DNA of 64,000 nt from Alphaproteobacteria bacterium (GCA_964291215.2 OZ219791.1:448001-512000); one strand, 5' to 3'. Numbered from the stretch's first letter, positions 30,344 to 40,866 are shown. Notes: generated by a model from the letters alone, not told the origin. Program-made: numbers and translations.

Positions 30344-31333
30344 ATGACCGACTATATGCACGCATTCGACCTGTATGCGCCCGGCAGTCTCGGCGAGACG
30401 GCCGAACTTCTCGACAAGCACGGCAAGGATGCCTGGCTCGTCGCCGGCGGCAAGGACAGCTTCGACTGGTTCAAGGATCGCCACAAGACACCCAAGGTGG
30501 TCGTTGACATCTCGGGGCTGGCCGCGCTGAAGGGCGTTGCCGACAAGGGAGACCATATCGCGATCGGCGCGGCTACCACGCTGACCGAGATCGAGGAAAA
30601 CGCGGTGCTGCGCGACGGCTACCCGCTTCTCACGATGGCGGCCAGCAAGGTCGCCAGTCCGCAGATCCGGAACTCGGGCACGATCGGCGGCAATGTCGCG
30701 CAGGACACCCGTTGCACCTACTACCGCGACGGCTTTCCATGCTACCGGGCCGGCGGCAACACCTGTTACGCCAATACGCCAACGGCCATGAACCGCGAGC
30801 ACGCCCTGTTCGACGTCTCGCGGTGCGTCGCGGTGACGCCTTCCGACACCGCTCCGGCCCTGGTCGCGCTTGATGCTCAGATGGTGATTTCCCGCGCCGG
30901 CAAGGAGCGCGTGGTTCCGGCCGAGAAATTCTTCATCGGGCCCGATATCGACATCACCCGCATGACGGTGCTCGAACCGGAGGATGTGCTCACCCAAATC
31001 CGCCTGCCGAAGAAATGGGCTGGCACCCGGCACTATTTCGAGAAAGTGGCGGATCGCCAGACCTGGGATTTCGCGCTGGTCAGCATTGCCATGGCCGCCC
31101 GCGTTGACGGCGGCAAGGTGTCCGAAGTCCGGGTTGCCTGCGGCGGGGTGCAGTGTACGCCGCGGCGGCTGACCGATGTCGAGGACCTGATGAAGGGGGA
31201 GGCGCCGGGCGCCGAGCTTGAAACGCTTGCCAAGCGGGTTGCTGCCCGTGGCGCCAAGCCGCTCAACTACAACCACTTCAAGATCCCGCTGATGGCGAAT
31301 CTGGCGGCGCGCGCCGTCCGCTCGCTCGCCTGA
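30344..31333 (+). CDS. Mo-hydroxylase FAD-binding subunit with 4Fe-4S insert (PaoB-like)
   Basis: 'VAGGKD', 'ASPQIRNSGTIGGN..QDTRC.YYR..FPC...GG..C', 'PSDTAPAL'. Confidence 0.9.
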   Translation: MTDYMHAFDLYAPGSLGETAELLDKHGKDAWLVAGGKDSFDWFKDRHKTPKVVVDISGLAALKGVADKGDHIAIGAATTLTEIEENAVLRDGYPLLTMAASKVASPQIRNSGTIGGNVAQDTRCTYYRDGFPCYRAGGNTCYANTPTAMNREHALFDVSRCVAVTPSDTAPALVALDAQMVISRAGKERVVPAEKFFIGPDIDITRMTVLEPEDVLTQIRLPKKWAGTRHYFEKVADRQTWDFALVSIAMAARVDGGKVSEVRVACGGVQCTPRRLTDVEDLMKGEAPGAELETLAKRVAARGAKPLNYNHFKIPLMANLAARAVRSLA

Positions 31334-31338
31334 ACGCG

Positions 31339-32083
31339 ATGGAACTGTTCCGTGTCTCCAGGAATGTCTGGGGACAGGAGATGCTGCTGGGAATGTCGTG
31401 GGACCTGCTCTGGTTGCCGGTCGCCGCGGCATTCTCCTGCATCATAGCGCACCAGATCTTCCGGCTTGCCACAAGACAATCCTGAAATCCCGAGCATCAG
31501 CGCGGTGCCGGGGGAAATCCGACACGCGTGGCCCGACCGGCTGTTCCACTGGACGATGGCCGTGCTCACGCTGGTGCTCCTCGCCACCGCGTTCCTGCCC
31601 GTGGTCGGCGTACAGTTCGACTGGGTCCCGATCCACTGGATATCCGGGATCCTGCTCACCGCCACGGTGATCTTCCACCTCTACCGCGTCCTTGCCGTCC
31701 ACGGCATCACGTCGATGATGCCGGTGCGTGGAGACCTGCGCGCCGCCATGGGCGGCAAACCCGTTGCAGATGATGCAAAATACGATCTCGGCCAGAAGCT
31801 CTATCACTGGTCGGTCTCCGCCGTGATGCTGGTGCTGGTCGTCACCGGCCTCATCATGCTCGCCAAGATCGACACGCCGCTCTGGCGCCGGGATCCGTCG
31901 ATCCTGTCCGACTGGGACTGGGGGGTCGTCTACGCATTGCACGGCGCGGCGGCGCTGCTCCTGATATTCCTTTTCATCCTCCACATCTATTTTGCCTTTC
32001 TTCCAGAACATCGCCGGCTTCTCGCGGCAATGGCGCTGGGGCGCCGGGTGCCACCCGCAACCAGGAACGGACCTCAACCATGA
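31339..32083 (+). pseudogene. Cytochrome b/FdnI-like membrane subunit with a frameshift near 31470-31500
   Basis: ATG 31339 frame 'MELFRVSRNVWGQEMLLGMSWDLLW..' stops at 31485; heme-b domain 'RH..PDRLFHW...HW..G...KYDLGQKLYH...LH...HIYF' continues in another frame. Confidence 0.6.
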
Positions 32084-32454
32084 ATGCCGCAGGACTACGG
32101 AAACAGATCGAAGCGATCGAGGAAGCCTACGAATATATGCTCGCCTATGCCGCCCAGGGCCGAGCGGACGAGGGGGCGGGACCGGATGGTGCGCATATCA
32201 GGACCTTCCTCGCTCAGTTCGAGGCAGCCGCCGTCGCCATCGCAGCCAAACTCGACGACACTCTCTCCGGCAACGAGGCGGCGGGGTTCCACGCTGCCCT
32301 TGCCCGCGATTCCGAAACCGTGCTATCGGTACTTCGGGTCATGCAGATCCGCGATAACATCTCGTCGGAAGTCGTCGACAACGCCAACGGCCTAATTGCC
32401 GTCCGCTCCTACCTGACGTCGCTGTTCTTCCTTGACAAGGTGGCACTGCCCTAA
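32080..32454 (+). CDS. Hypothetical protein, last gene of the Mo-hydroxylase operon
   Basis: 124 aa, ATGA-coupled, 'IEEAYEYMLAYAAQG'. Confidence 0.65.
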   Translation: MNAAGLRKQIEAIEEAYEYMLAYAAQGRADEGAGPDGAHIRTFLAQFEAAAVAIAAKLDDTLSGNEAAGFHAALARDSETVLSVLRVMQIRDNISSEVVDNANGLIAVRSYLTSLFFLDKVALP

Positions 32455-32547
32455 ATTCCGGCACTTTCGGCCACGGACATGCCGACGCCTGCCACACCCG
32501 TTTGCGGAGCGTGGCACTCGCCATCGCGGTAGGGAACCGGGTTACCC

Positions 32548-32735
32548 CACGACGATCCCATGCTAATTCGGAGACGCGAAATCCGAATACGTTGGGGCTC
32601 ATCACAGATCGCCTCCTTGATCGCAATTTTCGTGCCGAGAAGGCCCCATAGAGCCTTGGCGGCACGATTGCAGCGCGACGCAAACTGAGAAAATCTCGCC
32701 AGTCGTCGCCGGATTAGCAGCGTGGGATCACCATG
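32548..32735. mobile_element. MITE family A, copy 2
   Basis: Aligns to 8341-8533 with a 5-bp deletion (gcgtc). Confidence 0.8.
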
Positions 32736-33132
32736 GATGCACGCGCGCCGCGCTGTGCGCCATAGCCCTCGCGAGCGAAGCGGCGACCTTCCAGCTGCTG
32801 GAAACCGGCCACGGAATCATGCCGACCATCGCGACATCTTCCATAGCCGATCGCGTTCCGCGCAAGGCGCTGATGTACCTGACCTATTCCACCAGGGCGA
32901 TCGACGCGCCGAGAGCCCTTTCCACGAGGATCGTCAGCGACGTGTTCGCAGCCGACGCGCTGTAGAGCACGCTGGAAGAACTCTGCGCGGCGATCGAAAA
33001 GGCGCCACGGCCGGCCATCCTCGGGATCAAGGAATATGCGCGCTCGGCGCTGTCCATGGACATCTCAAGCGCTGTCGACTTCGCGCGCAACCTGCACACG
33101 GCCGTCAATTCGGCTCCGGGGATGCACGGCTG
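32736..33132 (+). pseudogene. Enoyl-CoA hydratase/isomerase 3' remnant
   Basis: 'IMPT...DRVPRKALMYLTYST..IDA.RAL..IVS.V', an internal TAG, then 'APRPAI.GIKEY....D...AVDFARNLH'. Confidence 0.5.
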
Positions 33133-33201
33133 AGGCTGCCGGGAGCGACGACAACGCGTTCCGGCCACGGAACAGTTCGAGAGGCCGGTCCGCGGCACCC
33201 G

Positions 33202-34569
33202 CTATTCGGACAGCAGTCGGCCGATCCGAGCCCGAATCTCGTCTTGTGCTGGATCGTCCCGGTCGAGCACCTCAGCAAGGGTCCGCCAGTGCGCGAGCGC
33301 CACCGTCCTGTCGCCACGCGCAAGCGCCAGCGATCCCGCGAGATCGAGGCCGCGCCGGTTGCGGCCGTCGAGCGCGAGTATTCGCTTCACGACGGGATTG
33401 ATCTCGGCCGGATCCGGCGGATCCGGCCTCGCGGCGGCGACGATGCCGTCGGCCCAGGCCACCAGGATGTCCACATCATCCGGACGCAGCGTCGCCGCTC
33501 GCGCCCAGGCCGCCCTTGCCTCATCCAACTCGCCCAGCGCCGTCCGCGACTGCGCCAGGCGGAGCCAGCCCGCCACGTTGTCGGGTTCCGACGCGAGGCG
33601 ATCGGCGAGCCCATCGACCATCGCGCGGATCATGGCCGCACGGTCTTCGACCGAAAGGCTTGCCGCCACCGCAACATCGCCGCGGGTCGGGTCGCGCATC
33701 TCCTCCGCTTTTCCGCGCGCCGCGCCGTCAGCAGCCGCCCGAGCACCCCGAGTGTCAGTCATCTCGGCTTCGAGAGCCGCCACGCGCCCCCGGACGAAGA
33801 CCGCCCAGGGCGCGTCCGGCGACAGATCAGCCACCAGCGTGCGCCAGCGCGCAAGCGCGGCCTCGGGCCGGCCGGCCCGTCGCTCGGCTACACCCACATA
33901 GTAGGACGCCCGGGGCTCTCCGGGATCCCGCCGCAGCGCCTCCTTGAACGCCGCCAGCGCCCGGGGGGTGACCCGTCCGCCGGCTGCCAGCGTCAACGCC
34001 CGGCCCGCCAGTGACGGATAGGCCGCGTTCGAGGCGTCGAACCGCGCCGCATGCCCGAAGGCGACGCCCGCCTTTTCGTGATCCCCGAGGCGGGACAATG
34101 CCTCGCCCAGCGCCGCCCAGCCGCGGGGGTTGTCCGGCTCCCTCTCGAGAGCGCCCGCGATTTCGGCGACCCGCTGCCGCCCGTCCACCGCGGGCCCGGC
34201 CCGCAGAACCACATCCGGTTCCCCCTGAACCAGGTAGAGCAGAAGCCCCAGCACCGGCACGCAGGCCACCATGCACAGGCCCGCAATCAGCCTGGGACCT
34301 GACCGCAGACGTTTTCGGGAGGAAGCCGGCGAGTCCGCAAGCGCCAGCACGCGGCGCTCGATTTCCGTTCTCGCCGCCGCCGCCTGTTCCGCGGCAAGGG
34401 TGCCCCGCGCGAGATCGCGCTCGATCTCGTCGAGCTGGCCGCGATACATCTCCAGTACCGGATCCAAGCACCGCTCTTCGGCGCGGACACCGCGAAGCAG
34501 CGGCCAGGCCACGAGCAACGCTCCGGTGAACCCCACCATCAGCACTAAGACGATCCAGAGTTCGATCAT
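33202..34569 (-). CDS. ccmI: Cytochrome c biogenesis TPR protein CcmI/CycH
   Basis: N-terminal TM, '[15 protein letters not shown]...RTEIERR.L', TPRs, '[22 protein letters not shown]'. Confidence 0.85.
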   Translation of the reverse strand: MIELWIVLVLMVGFTGALLVAWPLLRGVRAEERCLDPVLEMYRGQLDEIERDLARGTLAAEQAAAARTEIERRVLALADSPASSRKRLRSGPRLIAGLCMVACVPVLGLLLYLVQGEPDVVLRAGPAVDGRQRVAEIAGALEREPDNPRGWAALGEALSRLGDHEKAGVAFGHAARFDASNAAYPSLAGRALTLAAGGRVTPRALAAFKEALRRDPGEPRASYYVGVAERRAGRPEAALARWRTLVADLSPDAPWAVFVRGRVAALEAEMTDTRGARAAADGAARGKAEEMRDPTRGDVAVAASLSVEDRAAMIRAMVDGLADRLASEPDNVAGWLRLAQSRTALGELDEARAAWARAATLRPDDVDILVAWADGIVAAARPDPPDPAEINPVVKRILALDGRNRRGLDLAGSLALARGDRTVALAHWRTLAEVLDRDDPAQDEIRARIGRLLSE

Positions 34570-35033
34570 TCCCCCTGTCCGCCCAGGACCGTTTCAAGCC
34601 GCCGTCTCTCGTCCGCAGACAGCGGTTCCGGCTCCCTGGCTCCGTCCCGGCGGCGGCGGATCACGATCCACGCGATGCCGGCTGCGAGCACTATCCAGGG
34701 CCCGGTCCAAAGCGCCAGGGTCGACGCCTTGAACGGAGGCTTCAGGAGCACGAAATCACCATAGCGCGCGACGACGTGATCGATGACCTCGGCATCGCTC
34801 GCGCCAGCCTTCAGCCGCTCGCGCACAAGAAGCCGGAGGTCGCGCGCCAGAGTCGCGCTGGAGTCGTCGATCGACTGGTTCTGGCACACGAGACAGCGCA
34901 GTTCCCTGCTAATCGCGCGCGCGCGCGCCTCAAGGCCGGGATCCGTCAGGACCTCGTCCGGCTCGACCGCGCTGACGGACAAGGCGGCCGCGAGGCAGCC
35001 GAAGACCAGGATGGCCGACAGCGCGATCCTCAT
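34566..35033 (-). CDS. ccmH: Cytochrome c biogenesis protein CcmH/CycL
   Basis: '[14 protein letters not shown]...LARDLR...RYGDFVL'. Confidence 0.92.
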   Translation of the reverse strand: MRIALSAILVFGCLAAALSVSAVEPDEVLTDPGLEARARAISRELRCLVCQNQSIDDSSATLARDLRLLVRERLKAGASDAEVIDHVVARYGDFVLLKPPFKASTLALWTGPWIVLAAGIAWIVIRRRRDGAREPEPLSADERRRLETVLGGQGE

Positions 35034-35581
35034 TCCAGGCCGACCCTTTGCAGGACCGGACGCAGCACATTCTCGAGATCGCCGGGATTGATCGGACCGA
35101 CATGGCGGTAGCGAATGCGTCCCGCTCCGTCGACGACGAAGGTCTCCGGAACGCCGTACACACCCCAGTCGATTGACACGCGTCCATTGATGTCGGCGCC
35201 GAGCCCGGTGTAGGGATTGCCCAGAGTTTCGATGAAGGCGCGCGCATCTTCAGCCCGGTCCTTGATGTTGATGCCGTGGATCGGCACACCCTCCCGCGCC
35301 AGCTGAATCAGCGCCGGATGCTCCGTACGACAGGGCGCACACCACGAGGCCCAGACATTGACCAGGGACGGCTTTCCCAGCAGGTCCGCCGTCTTCAGGC
35401 CGCCGGGAAGTCCGGTTATCGGCGGAAGCGCAAACTCAGGCACCGGCTTGTCCAGCAATGCCGACGGAATCCGCGAGATGTCCTTGCCGCCGGCACCGAT
35501 CTGCCAGAGGTAAAATCCGAGGACCCCGGCGAGCGCAGCGAGGACCACGACCGGAACGAAGCGAGCCGGAGACAGGATCAT
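35030..35581 (-). CDS. ccmG: Thiol:disulfide interchange protein CcmG/DsbE
   Basis: '[14 protein letters not shown]', 'GNPY', '[10 protein letters not shown]'. Confidence 0.92.
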   Translation of the reverse strand: MILSPARFVPVVVLAALAGVLGFYLWQIGAGGKDISRIPSALLDKPVPEFALPPITGLPGGLKTADLLGKPSLVNVWASWCAPCRTEHPALIQLAREGVPIHGINIKDRAEDARAFIETLGNPYTGLGADINGRVSIDWGVYGVPETFVVDGAGRIRYRHVGPINPGDLENVLRPVLQRVGLE

Positions 35582-37548
35582 GGCGACGGCACCGCAACGG
35601 GCGCGGCGCGGCGGCGTACGCGAAGCCGCCGGTCGCCGAGCGATATCGCCCCGCCGACCGCCATCAGGGCCGCGCCTGCCCAGATCCACGGCACCAGAGG
35701 GTTGTGGTAGAGACGGGCCGTCCAACCACCCCTGCCGTCGGATGCCCCGAGCACGGCATAGATGTCGGCGAGCCATGTGGTATGGATCGCCGCCTCTGTG
35801 GTGGTTGCGCGCTCGGCGGGATAGCTGCGGTTTTCAGGGAGCAACGCAGCGACGGCGCGGCCGCCGCGGCGGACCGCGAAGGTGCCCTGCACCGCCGTGT
35901 AGTTCGGCCCCCTCCGGAGGCCGGTACCCTGGAACTCCACCTCGTAGCCCGCTAATTCGACGGTGTCGCCGGAGCGCATGATCAGGATGCGCTCCTCCTG
36001 CCAGGCCGACGACACCGTGATCCCGGCAACCATGACGCCGAGCGCGGCATGGGCGCAGGCGGTGCCCCATGCGGAAGCGGGAAAGCCGACGGCGCGGCGG
36101 ACCGAATCGCGCAGCGGAACCCGTGCCAGCCCCGCCTGTCCCGCGATGCCGACCGCCGACCCGGCAATCAGCCATGCCGCCAGCCCGAGACCAAGCGCCC
36201 CCAGAATTCCGCTCCGTGCCTCGACACCGGCCGCCGCGGCCGCGACGGCAATCGCAACCACCGCTGCCACCCACAGTCTCCCGAGCACGCCTGACAAGTC
36301 GCCGCGTTTCCACGCCATCATGGCTCCGATCGGACAGGCGACGAGCAGGGGAATCATGAGAGGCCCGAAGGTCATGTCGAAGAACGGTGCGCCGACAGAG
36401 ATCTTGCCACCGTCAAGGGCATCGACGAGCAGCGGATAGAGCGTGCCGAGGAGAACGACGGCGCACGCCGTAGCCAGCAGAAGGTTGTTGAGAACCAGCG
36501 CCCCTTCCCGGCTTATCGGCGCGAACGGTCCACCGGAGACGGCGCCGGGAGCGCGGAGCGCGAAGAGGGCCAGGGAGCCGCCAATCACGACCACCAGGAG
36601 AACGAGGACGAAGACCCCGCGCTCCGGATCCGCGGCAAAGGCGTGTACCGAGGTCAGTACGCCCGAGCGCACGAGGAACGTGCCCAGAATCGCCAGCCCG
36701 AACGTGACGATGGCAAGGAGGATCGTCCAGTTCGCCAGCATGTTGCGCCGCTCCACCACCAGCGCGGAATGCAGCAGCGCAGTGCCTGCGAGCCACGGCA
36801 TCAGGGACGCGTTCTCGACCGGGTCCCAGAACCACCAGCCGCCCCAGCCAAGCTCGTAATAGGCCCACCAGCTTCCGAGCGCGATGCCAACCGTCAGCGA
36901 AATCCAGGCTAGCAGAGTCCACGGACGCACCCAGCGCGCCCACGCAGCGTCGACCCGACCCTCGAGAAGAGCCGCGACGGCAAAGGAGAAGGCTATCGAG
37001 AATCCGACATAGCCCAGATAGAGGAACGGCGGATGGAAGGCAAGACCGGGATCCTGGAGAAGGGGGTTGAGGCCGCTGCCCTCGATCGGCACGGGATCGA
37101 GCCGGGTGAACGGGTTGGAGGTGAAGATCGAAAAGGCAAGAAAGCCGGCACCCACGGCGCCGTGGATGCCAAGCGCTCGCGCCCGAAGGGTCGCCGGCAA
37201 GGCGCGGCCGAACTCGGCGACCATCAGCCCGAACAGCGCAAGGATCAGTATCCACAGCACCATCGAACCCTCATGATTGCCCCAGACGCCGGTCAGCTTG
37301 TAGAGCATCGGCTTGAGGGTATGGGAATGCGACGCAACCAGCGCGACCGAGAAATCCGAGTTCACGAACGCCCATGTCAGCGCCGCGAAGGCGATCCCGA
37401 CCATCAGGAACTGGCCGCGCGCCGCCGCACCCGCAACGTTCATGAGCGCCTCGTCGCCGCGACGGACGCCGATGAACGGCACGGTTCCCTGAACAGCCGC
37501 GAGGACCAGCGCCAGCGCGAGGGCGTAGTGCCCAATCTCGGGAACCAC
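35578..37548 (-). CDS. ccmF: Heme lyase CcmF
   Basis: 'WGNHEGS', 'HPPFLYLGY', 'WAYYELGWGGWWFWDPVENAS', 'SVHAFA'. Confidence 0.95.
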   Translation of the reverse strand: MVPEIGHYALALALVLAAVQGTVPFIGVRRGDEALMNVAGAAARGQFLMVGIAFAALTWAFVNSDFSVALVASHSHTLKPMLYKLTGVWGNHEGSMVLWILILALFGLMVAEFGRALPATLRARALGIHGAVGAGFLAFSIFTSNPFTRLDPVPIEGSGLNPLLQDPGLAFHPPFLYLGYVGFSIAFSFAVAALLEGRVDAAWARWVRPWTLLAWISLTVGIALGSWWAYYELGWGGWWFWDPVENASLMPWLAGTALLHSALVVERRNMLANWTILLAIVTFGLAILGTFLVRSGVLTSVHAFAADPERGVFVLVLLVVVIGGSLALFALRAPGAVSGGPFAPISREGALVLNNLLLATACAVVLLGTLYPLLVDALDGGKISVGAPFFDMTFGPLMIPLLVACPIGAMMAWKRGDLSGVLGRLWVAAVVAIAVAAAAAGVEARSGILGALGLGLAAWLIAGSAVGIAGQAGLARVPLRDSVRRAVGFPASAWGTACAHAALGVMVAGITVSSAWQEERILIMRSGDTVELAGYEVEFQGTGLRRGPNYTAVQGTFAVRRGGRAVAALLPENRSYPAERATTTEAAIHTTWLADIYAVLGASDGRGGWTARLYHNPLVPWIWAGAALMAVGGAISLGDRRLRVRRRAAPVAVPSP

Positions 37549-37901
37549 GCCGGCGATCCCTTCAGCCCTGCCGGCCCTGTCGGCAGGAGTCGACGGCAGG
37601 CGCCCGCACGCCGACGGGATTCCACGCAGAAGCCCTGCTGCGAAGCCGCATGCGGGTCGTGCGGGAGGAGCCGGAATATCTCAAGGGGAACCCCTCCCTG
37701 TCATGGAGCCCGCCATACGGCGACTTGTTTCAGCCGGTTAGGAACAACGGTGAGGAGATCGGCTACGGCTGGAATCTATCCCGGCACCACGCCGTTTTCA
37801 ACGTCCCGCTTCATAGGTTCAGCGATGACAGGGCCACGGGAAGTAGTACCCCTTTGCTCGAACTCACTTGCGACAGCCCAACTCATCAGCCTTGCCCCAG
37901 G

Positions 37902-39401
37902 GTAACTGCTCACCCCCTAGTTCCGGCTTGATGTCGGGGTAGAGCAACGAACGGGTTTTCGTGGAGATTTGACACTGCAGGCCGATTCGTTTAGTGGTGG
38001 TCATCGAGAACGACGGGGACCGCCAGTGGGCTACTTTGGATCGAAGGCGACGAGCGGGCTGTGCCAGCTGCTTCCGGGGCTCCAGCCCCCGCATGATCTG
38101 TATGTGGAAACGCATCTCGGAAGCGGCGCGTTGATGAAGCGCAAGGCCGGGTGATGGCGACGGGCGGCGCGCGAGGAGTTCGAAGCGGCCAAGACCGCGG
38201 CGCTGCCGGCAAGGTGGCGGAAGAGACCGTCATCCGCGTCCTCCTGCTCGACATCATCATCGTCGTCCTTCTGGAGAAGACCACGCACGAGCCGGAACTC
38301 CGGTCTGCCGCCGTCACAGACGGACAAGAGCGTGCCGGGAGCAAGGGCCCGAAGCCAAACCGGCAGATGGGCGACAACCTGCGCAAGACCATCATCGAGG
38401 AAACGGTCGCGGCCTGCGACGCCTGCGGCGCTGACATCGACGGCCCCATCGATCGGGAGCGCCGCACGACATCGTGTTCGAGGTCGTCGAGCGCCGCGCC
38501 GAGATCAAGGAATGCCCGAAGTGCAAGGCCCGGGGCCGGTTCCCCGACAACATCCCGTGCAGTACGGCATCCAGGCCCTCGTCATCAACCTGCTGGTCGC
38601 CCAAATGCTGTCCCTGCGCCGTGCCGTCGCGTTCGTGCAGGCGATCTCCGGCATCAAGCTCTCCGAGGCCTCGGCTATGCTTTCACGATGCGTCATGGGA
38701 GGAGGCCGCCGTGGCGCACCTCCTGCAACGCCCGATGTCGACGATTTCGGATCAACGGCAAGTGGCTTCATGTCGTGGGACCCTGACGTGCAAGTTCCCG
38801 CACCGCAAGCGCGGGCAAGAGATCGGCCCGTGCTACAAGGGCGTCCTGGGCCTCGTACATGGGCCAGTGTAGCCACCAGCTGTGCGGCAGCCACCTGCTG
38901 CGCGAACTGACCTTTGTCGTCGAGGCTACCGCGCGACTGATGAAGAGCCTGCTCCGCGAGATCTGCCACAAGGTCAACAAGAGCGCATCCAAAACCCTGA
39001 ACGAGGCCGACCTCCGGGCCGTGCGCAAGCGCTACCGCACCATCAGGGCGCCAGGGAACTGCCCGACATCCCGACGAAAGGAAAACGTGGACGCAAGTCC
39101 GACACGCACAACCTGCACGAACGTCTCGTGAAACACGAAAACCTGCGCTTCACAGACGACCCCAACGTCAGCTTCACCAACAATGCCGGAGAACAGAAGA
39201 TCAGGATGGCAAAGGTCAAGGTGTCCGGATGCTTCCGCTCCACGCAAAAGCATGGTGCCGGGGCTCGAGCTACCTCACCTCCATGGCCGCACTCGGCTAC
39301 AACCCACTCGTCGCCACCCAGATCGCCCTCGACGGAAAAGCCGCAGACATCATCAACGAGCACTACGACCAATCAGAACCCAATTAGGGGTGAGTAGATA
39401 C
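37902..39401 (+). mobile_element. IS66-family element, copy 2, more heavily deleted
   Basis: Same ends as copy 1 and colinear with it; no TSD (gccccagg vs gcttggcg). Confidence 0.9.
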
Positions 39402-39527
39402 GCTTGGCGATACAACCGACGATACCAACTCAACTCCATGATCCCACGCTTCATTCACAGCGCCGTCAGAACACAACCCATCCCATATCAACAACTCATC
39501 GCAGGATGATCCTTAGGAATAAGCAGG
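39402..39527 (+). pseudogene. IS1595-family transposase C-terminal remnant and right end
   Basis: 'AWRYNRRYQLNSMIPRFIHSAVRTQPIPYQQLIAG*'. Confidence 0.6.
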
Positions 39528-39627
39528 AAACCAAAATACGCCCACCAGGACGCTCAAATCATTGTAGGAAAGGCATTGGACAACATGCCACACTTGCCGC
39601 AGCTCGCCGATCAGGGGTAAACACCGG

Positions 39628-39656
39628 TTGACGTTTCAAAGGCGAGTTCCTATTAT
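39628..39656 (+). promoter_or_regulatory. Sigma70-type promoter for the DUF3800 gene and leader RNA
   Basis: TTGACG-17 bp-TATTAT. Confidence 0.7.
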
Positions 39657-39662
39657 GCTGGC

Positions 39663-39730
39663 AGAAACTCTAGATTGCTGACCCCATCGCGGGCAGCGGA
39701 CCCTATGGCCACCGCGAGGTGGCCATAGCC
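39663..39730 (+). ncRNA. Candidate structured leader/ncRNA upstream of the DUF3800 gene
   Basis: Hairpin 1 GCUG(A)CCC-caucgc-GGGCAGC (39677-39697); hairpin 2 perfect 11-bp CUAUGGCCACC-GCGA-GGUGGCCAUAG (39703-39728). Confidence 0.5.
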
Positions 39731-39745
39731 ATGTTTGGGGGGAAG

Positions 39746-40585
39746 ATGAAGGTTTGCTTCGTCGACGAGGCGGGCGACCTCGGAGCGTTGTCCGATCCGC
39801 CACGGCAGAACGATCAGCCCGTCCTGGTGATCGGCGGCCTTATTCTCAATGCCGGCGATCTCCACGATTTCACGGTGCGCTTCCTCGATCTGAAAGCCCA
39901 GTACTTCCCGAGGTTGCCTTATCCGTCCCCGAGACCTCTGGATCGAATCCTGCCCGAGATCAAGGGACAGGACCTTCGGCGGAACGTAACGCGCGGCAAC
40001 GCCCGGCAGCATAACCATACGATAGGTTTTCTGGACCGGATTCTGGGCCTGCTGAAAGCCCATAGCGTCCAACTGGTGGCACGGATCTGGGTGAAAAGCC
40101 TTGGTGGGCAGTTCGATGCCACATCGGTGTACACATCCTCAATGCAGAGTATCTGCTCGCACTTCAATCACTATCTGACCCGGACCGGCGATCCCGGTGT
40201 GTGCATCGCCGACAGCCGGAACAATTTCAAGAATGTCAGTGTGTCCCATTCGATTTTCACGCAGAAATTCGGGCGGGTGACCCGGAAATACGAAGGAATG
40301 GCAGAACTCCCCACGTTCGGGCACAGCGACAATCATGCCGGTCTTCAGGTGTGCGATTTGGTTTGTTCCGGCCTTCTCTTCCCAATCGCTTGCTTTGCAT
40401 ATTGCTCGGGCCATGTGAACAACGTCCATGTGCAGCCGCGAGTGGCGGAACTCAGGCTGCGTTACGGGCAACAGCTGAAGGCGCTGCAGTACCGGTACTA
40501 CGACGAAACGCTCAGCCGCTACCGAGGCGGCTTCACCGTGTCGGATGCTATCGGTCACCAGAGCGGGTCGCGGATGTTTATCTGA
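39746..40585 (+). CDS. DUF3800 domain protein (predicted RNase H-like fold)
   Basis: 'CFVDEAGDLG', 'VLVIGGL', 'EIKG', 'CIADSR', 'S..HAGLQVCDLV'; lower GC, intact. Confidence 0.75.
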   Translation: MKVCFVDEAGDLGALSDPPRQNDQPVLVIGGLILNAGDLHDFTVRFLDLKAQYFPRLPYPSPRPLDRILPEIKGQDLRRNVTRGNARQHNHTIGFLDRILGLLKAHSVQLVARIWVKSLGGQFDATSVYTSSMQSICSHFNHYLTRTGDPGVCIADSRNNFKNVSVSHSIFTQKFGRVTRKYEGMAELPTFGHSDNHAGLQVCDLVCSGLLFPIACFAYCSGHVNNVHVQPRVAELRLRYGQQLKALQYRYYDETLSRYRGGFTVSDAIGHQSGSRMFI

Positions 40586-40589
40586 CAGA

Positions 40590-40866
40590 TGCGGTCCTTC
40601 ATACAGGATCGCGCGGAGTAGCCGCCGAGAGCTCTATGAGCAAGGGCGGTCGCCAAAATTGGCGCAAGGGACACATCGGGAAGCTCTCGCGCATCCTGAC
40701 CGCTCTGGATCGGAGCTCCGGCCCGGAAGGTATGGATATTCCCGGCTTTCGCCTCCACCCTCTCAGGGGACGTATGCAGGGACATTATGCAGTATCCGTT
40801 TCCGCCAACTGGCGAGTGACATTCCGGTTCGAGGATGGCCACGCAGCGGATGTCGATTATATGGAC
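40590..40866 (+). pseudogene. higB: HigB/RelE-like toxin, 5' scrambled and 3' truncated by IS1380
   Basis: 'KLSRILTALD....MDIPGFRLHPLRG.MQGHYAVSVSANWRVTFRFEDG.A.DVDYMD|'. Confidence 0.8.
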
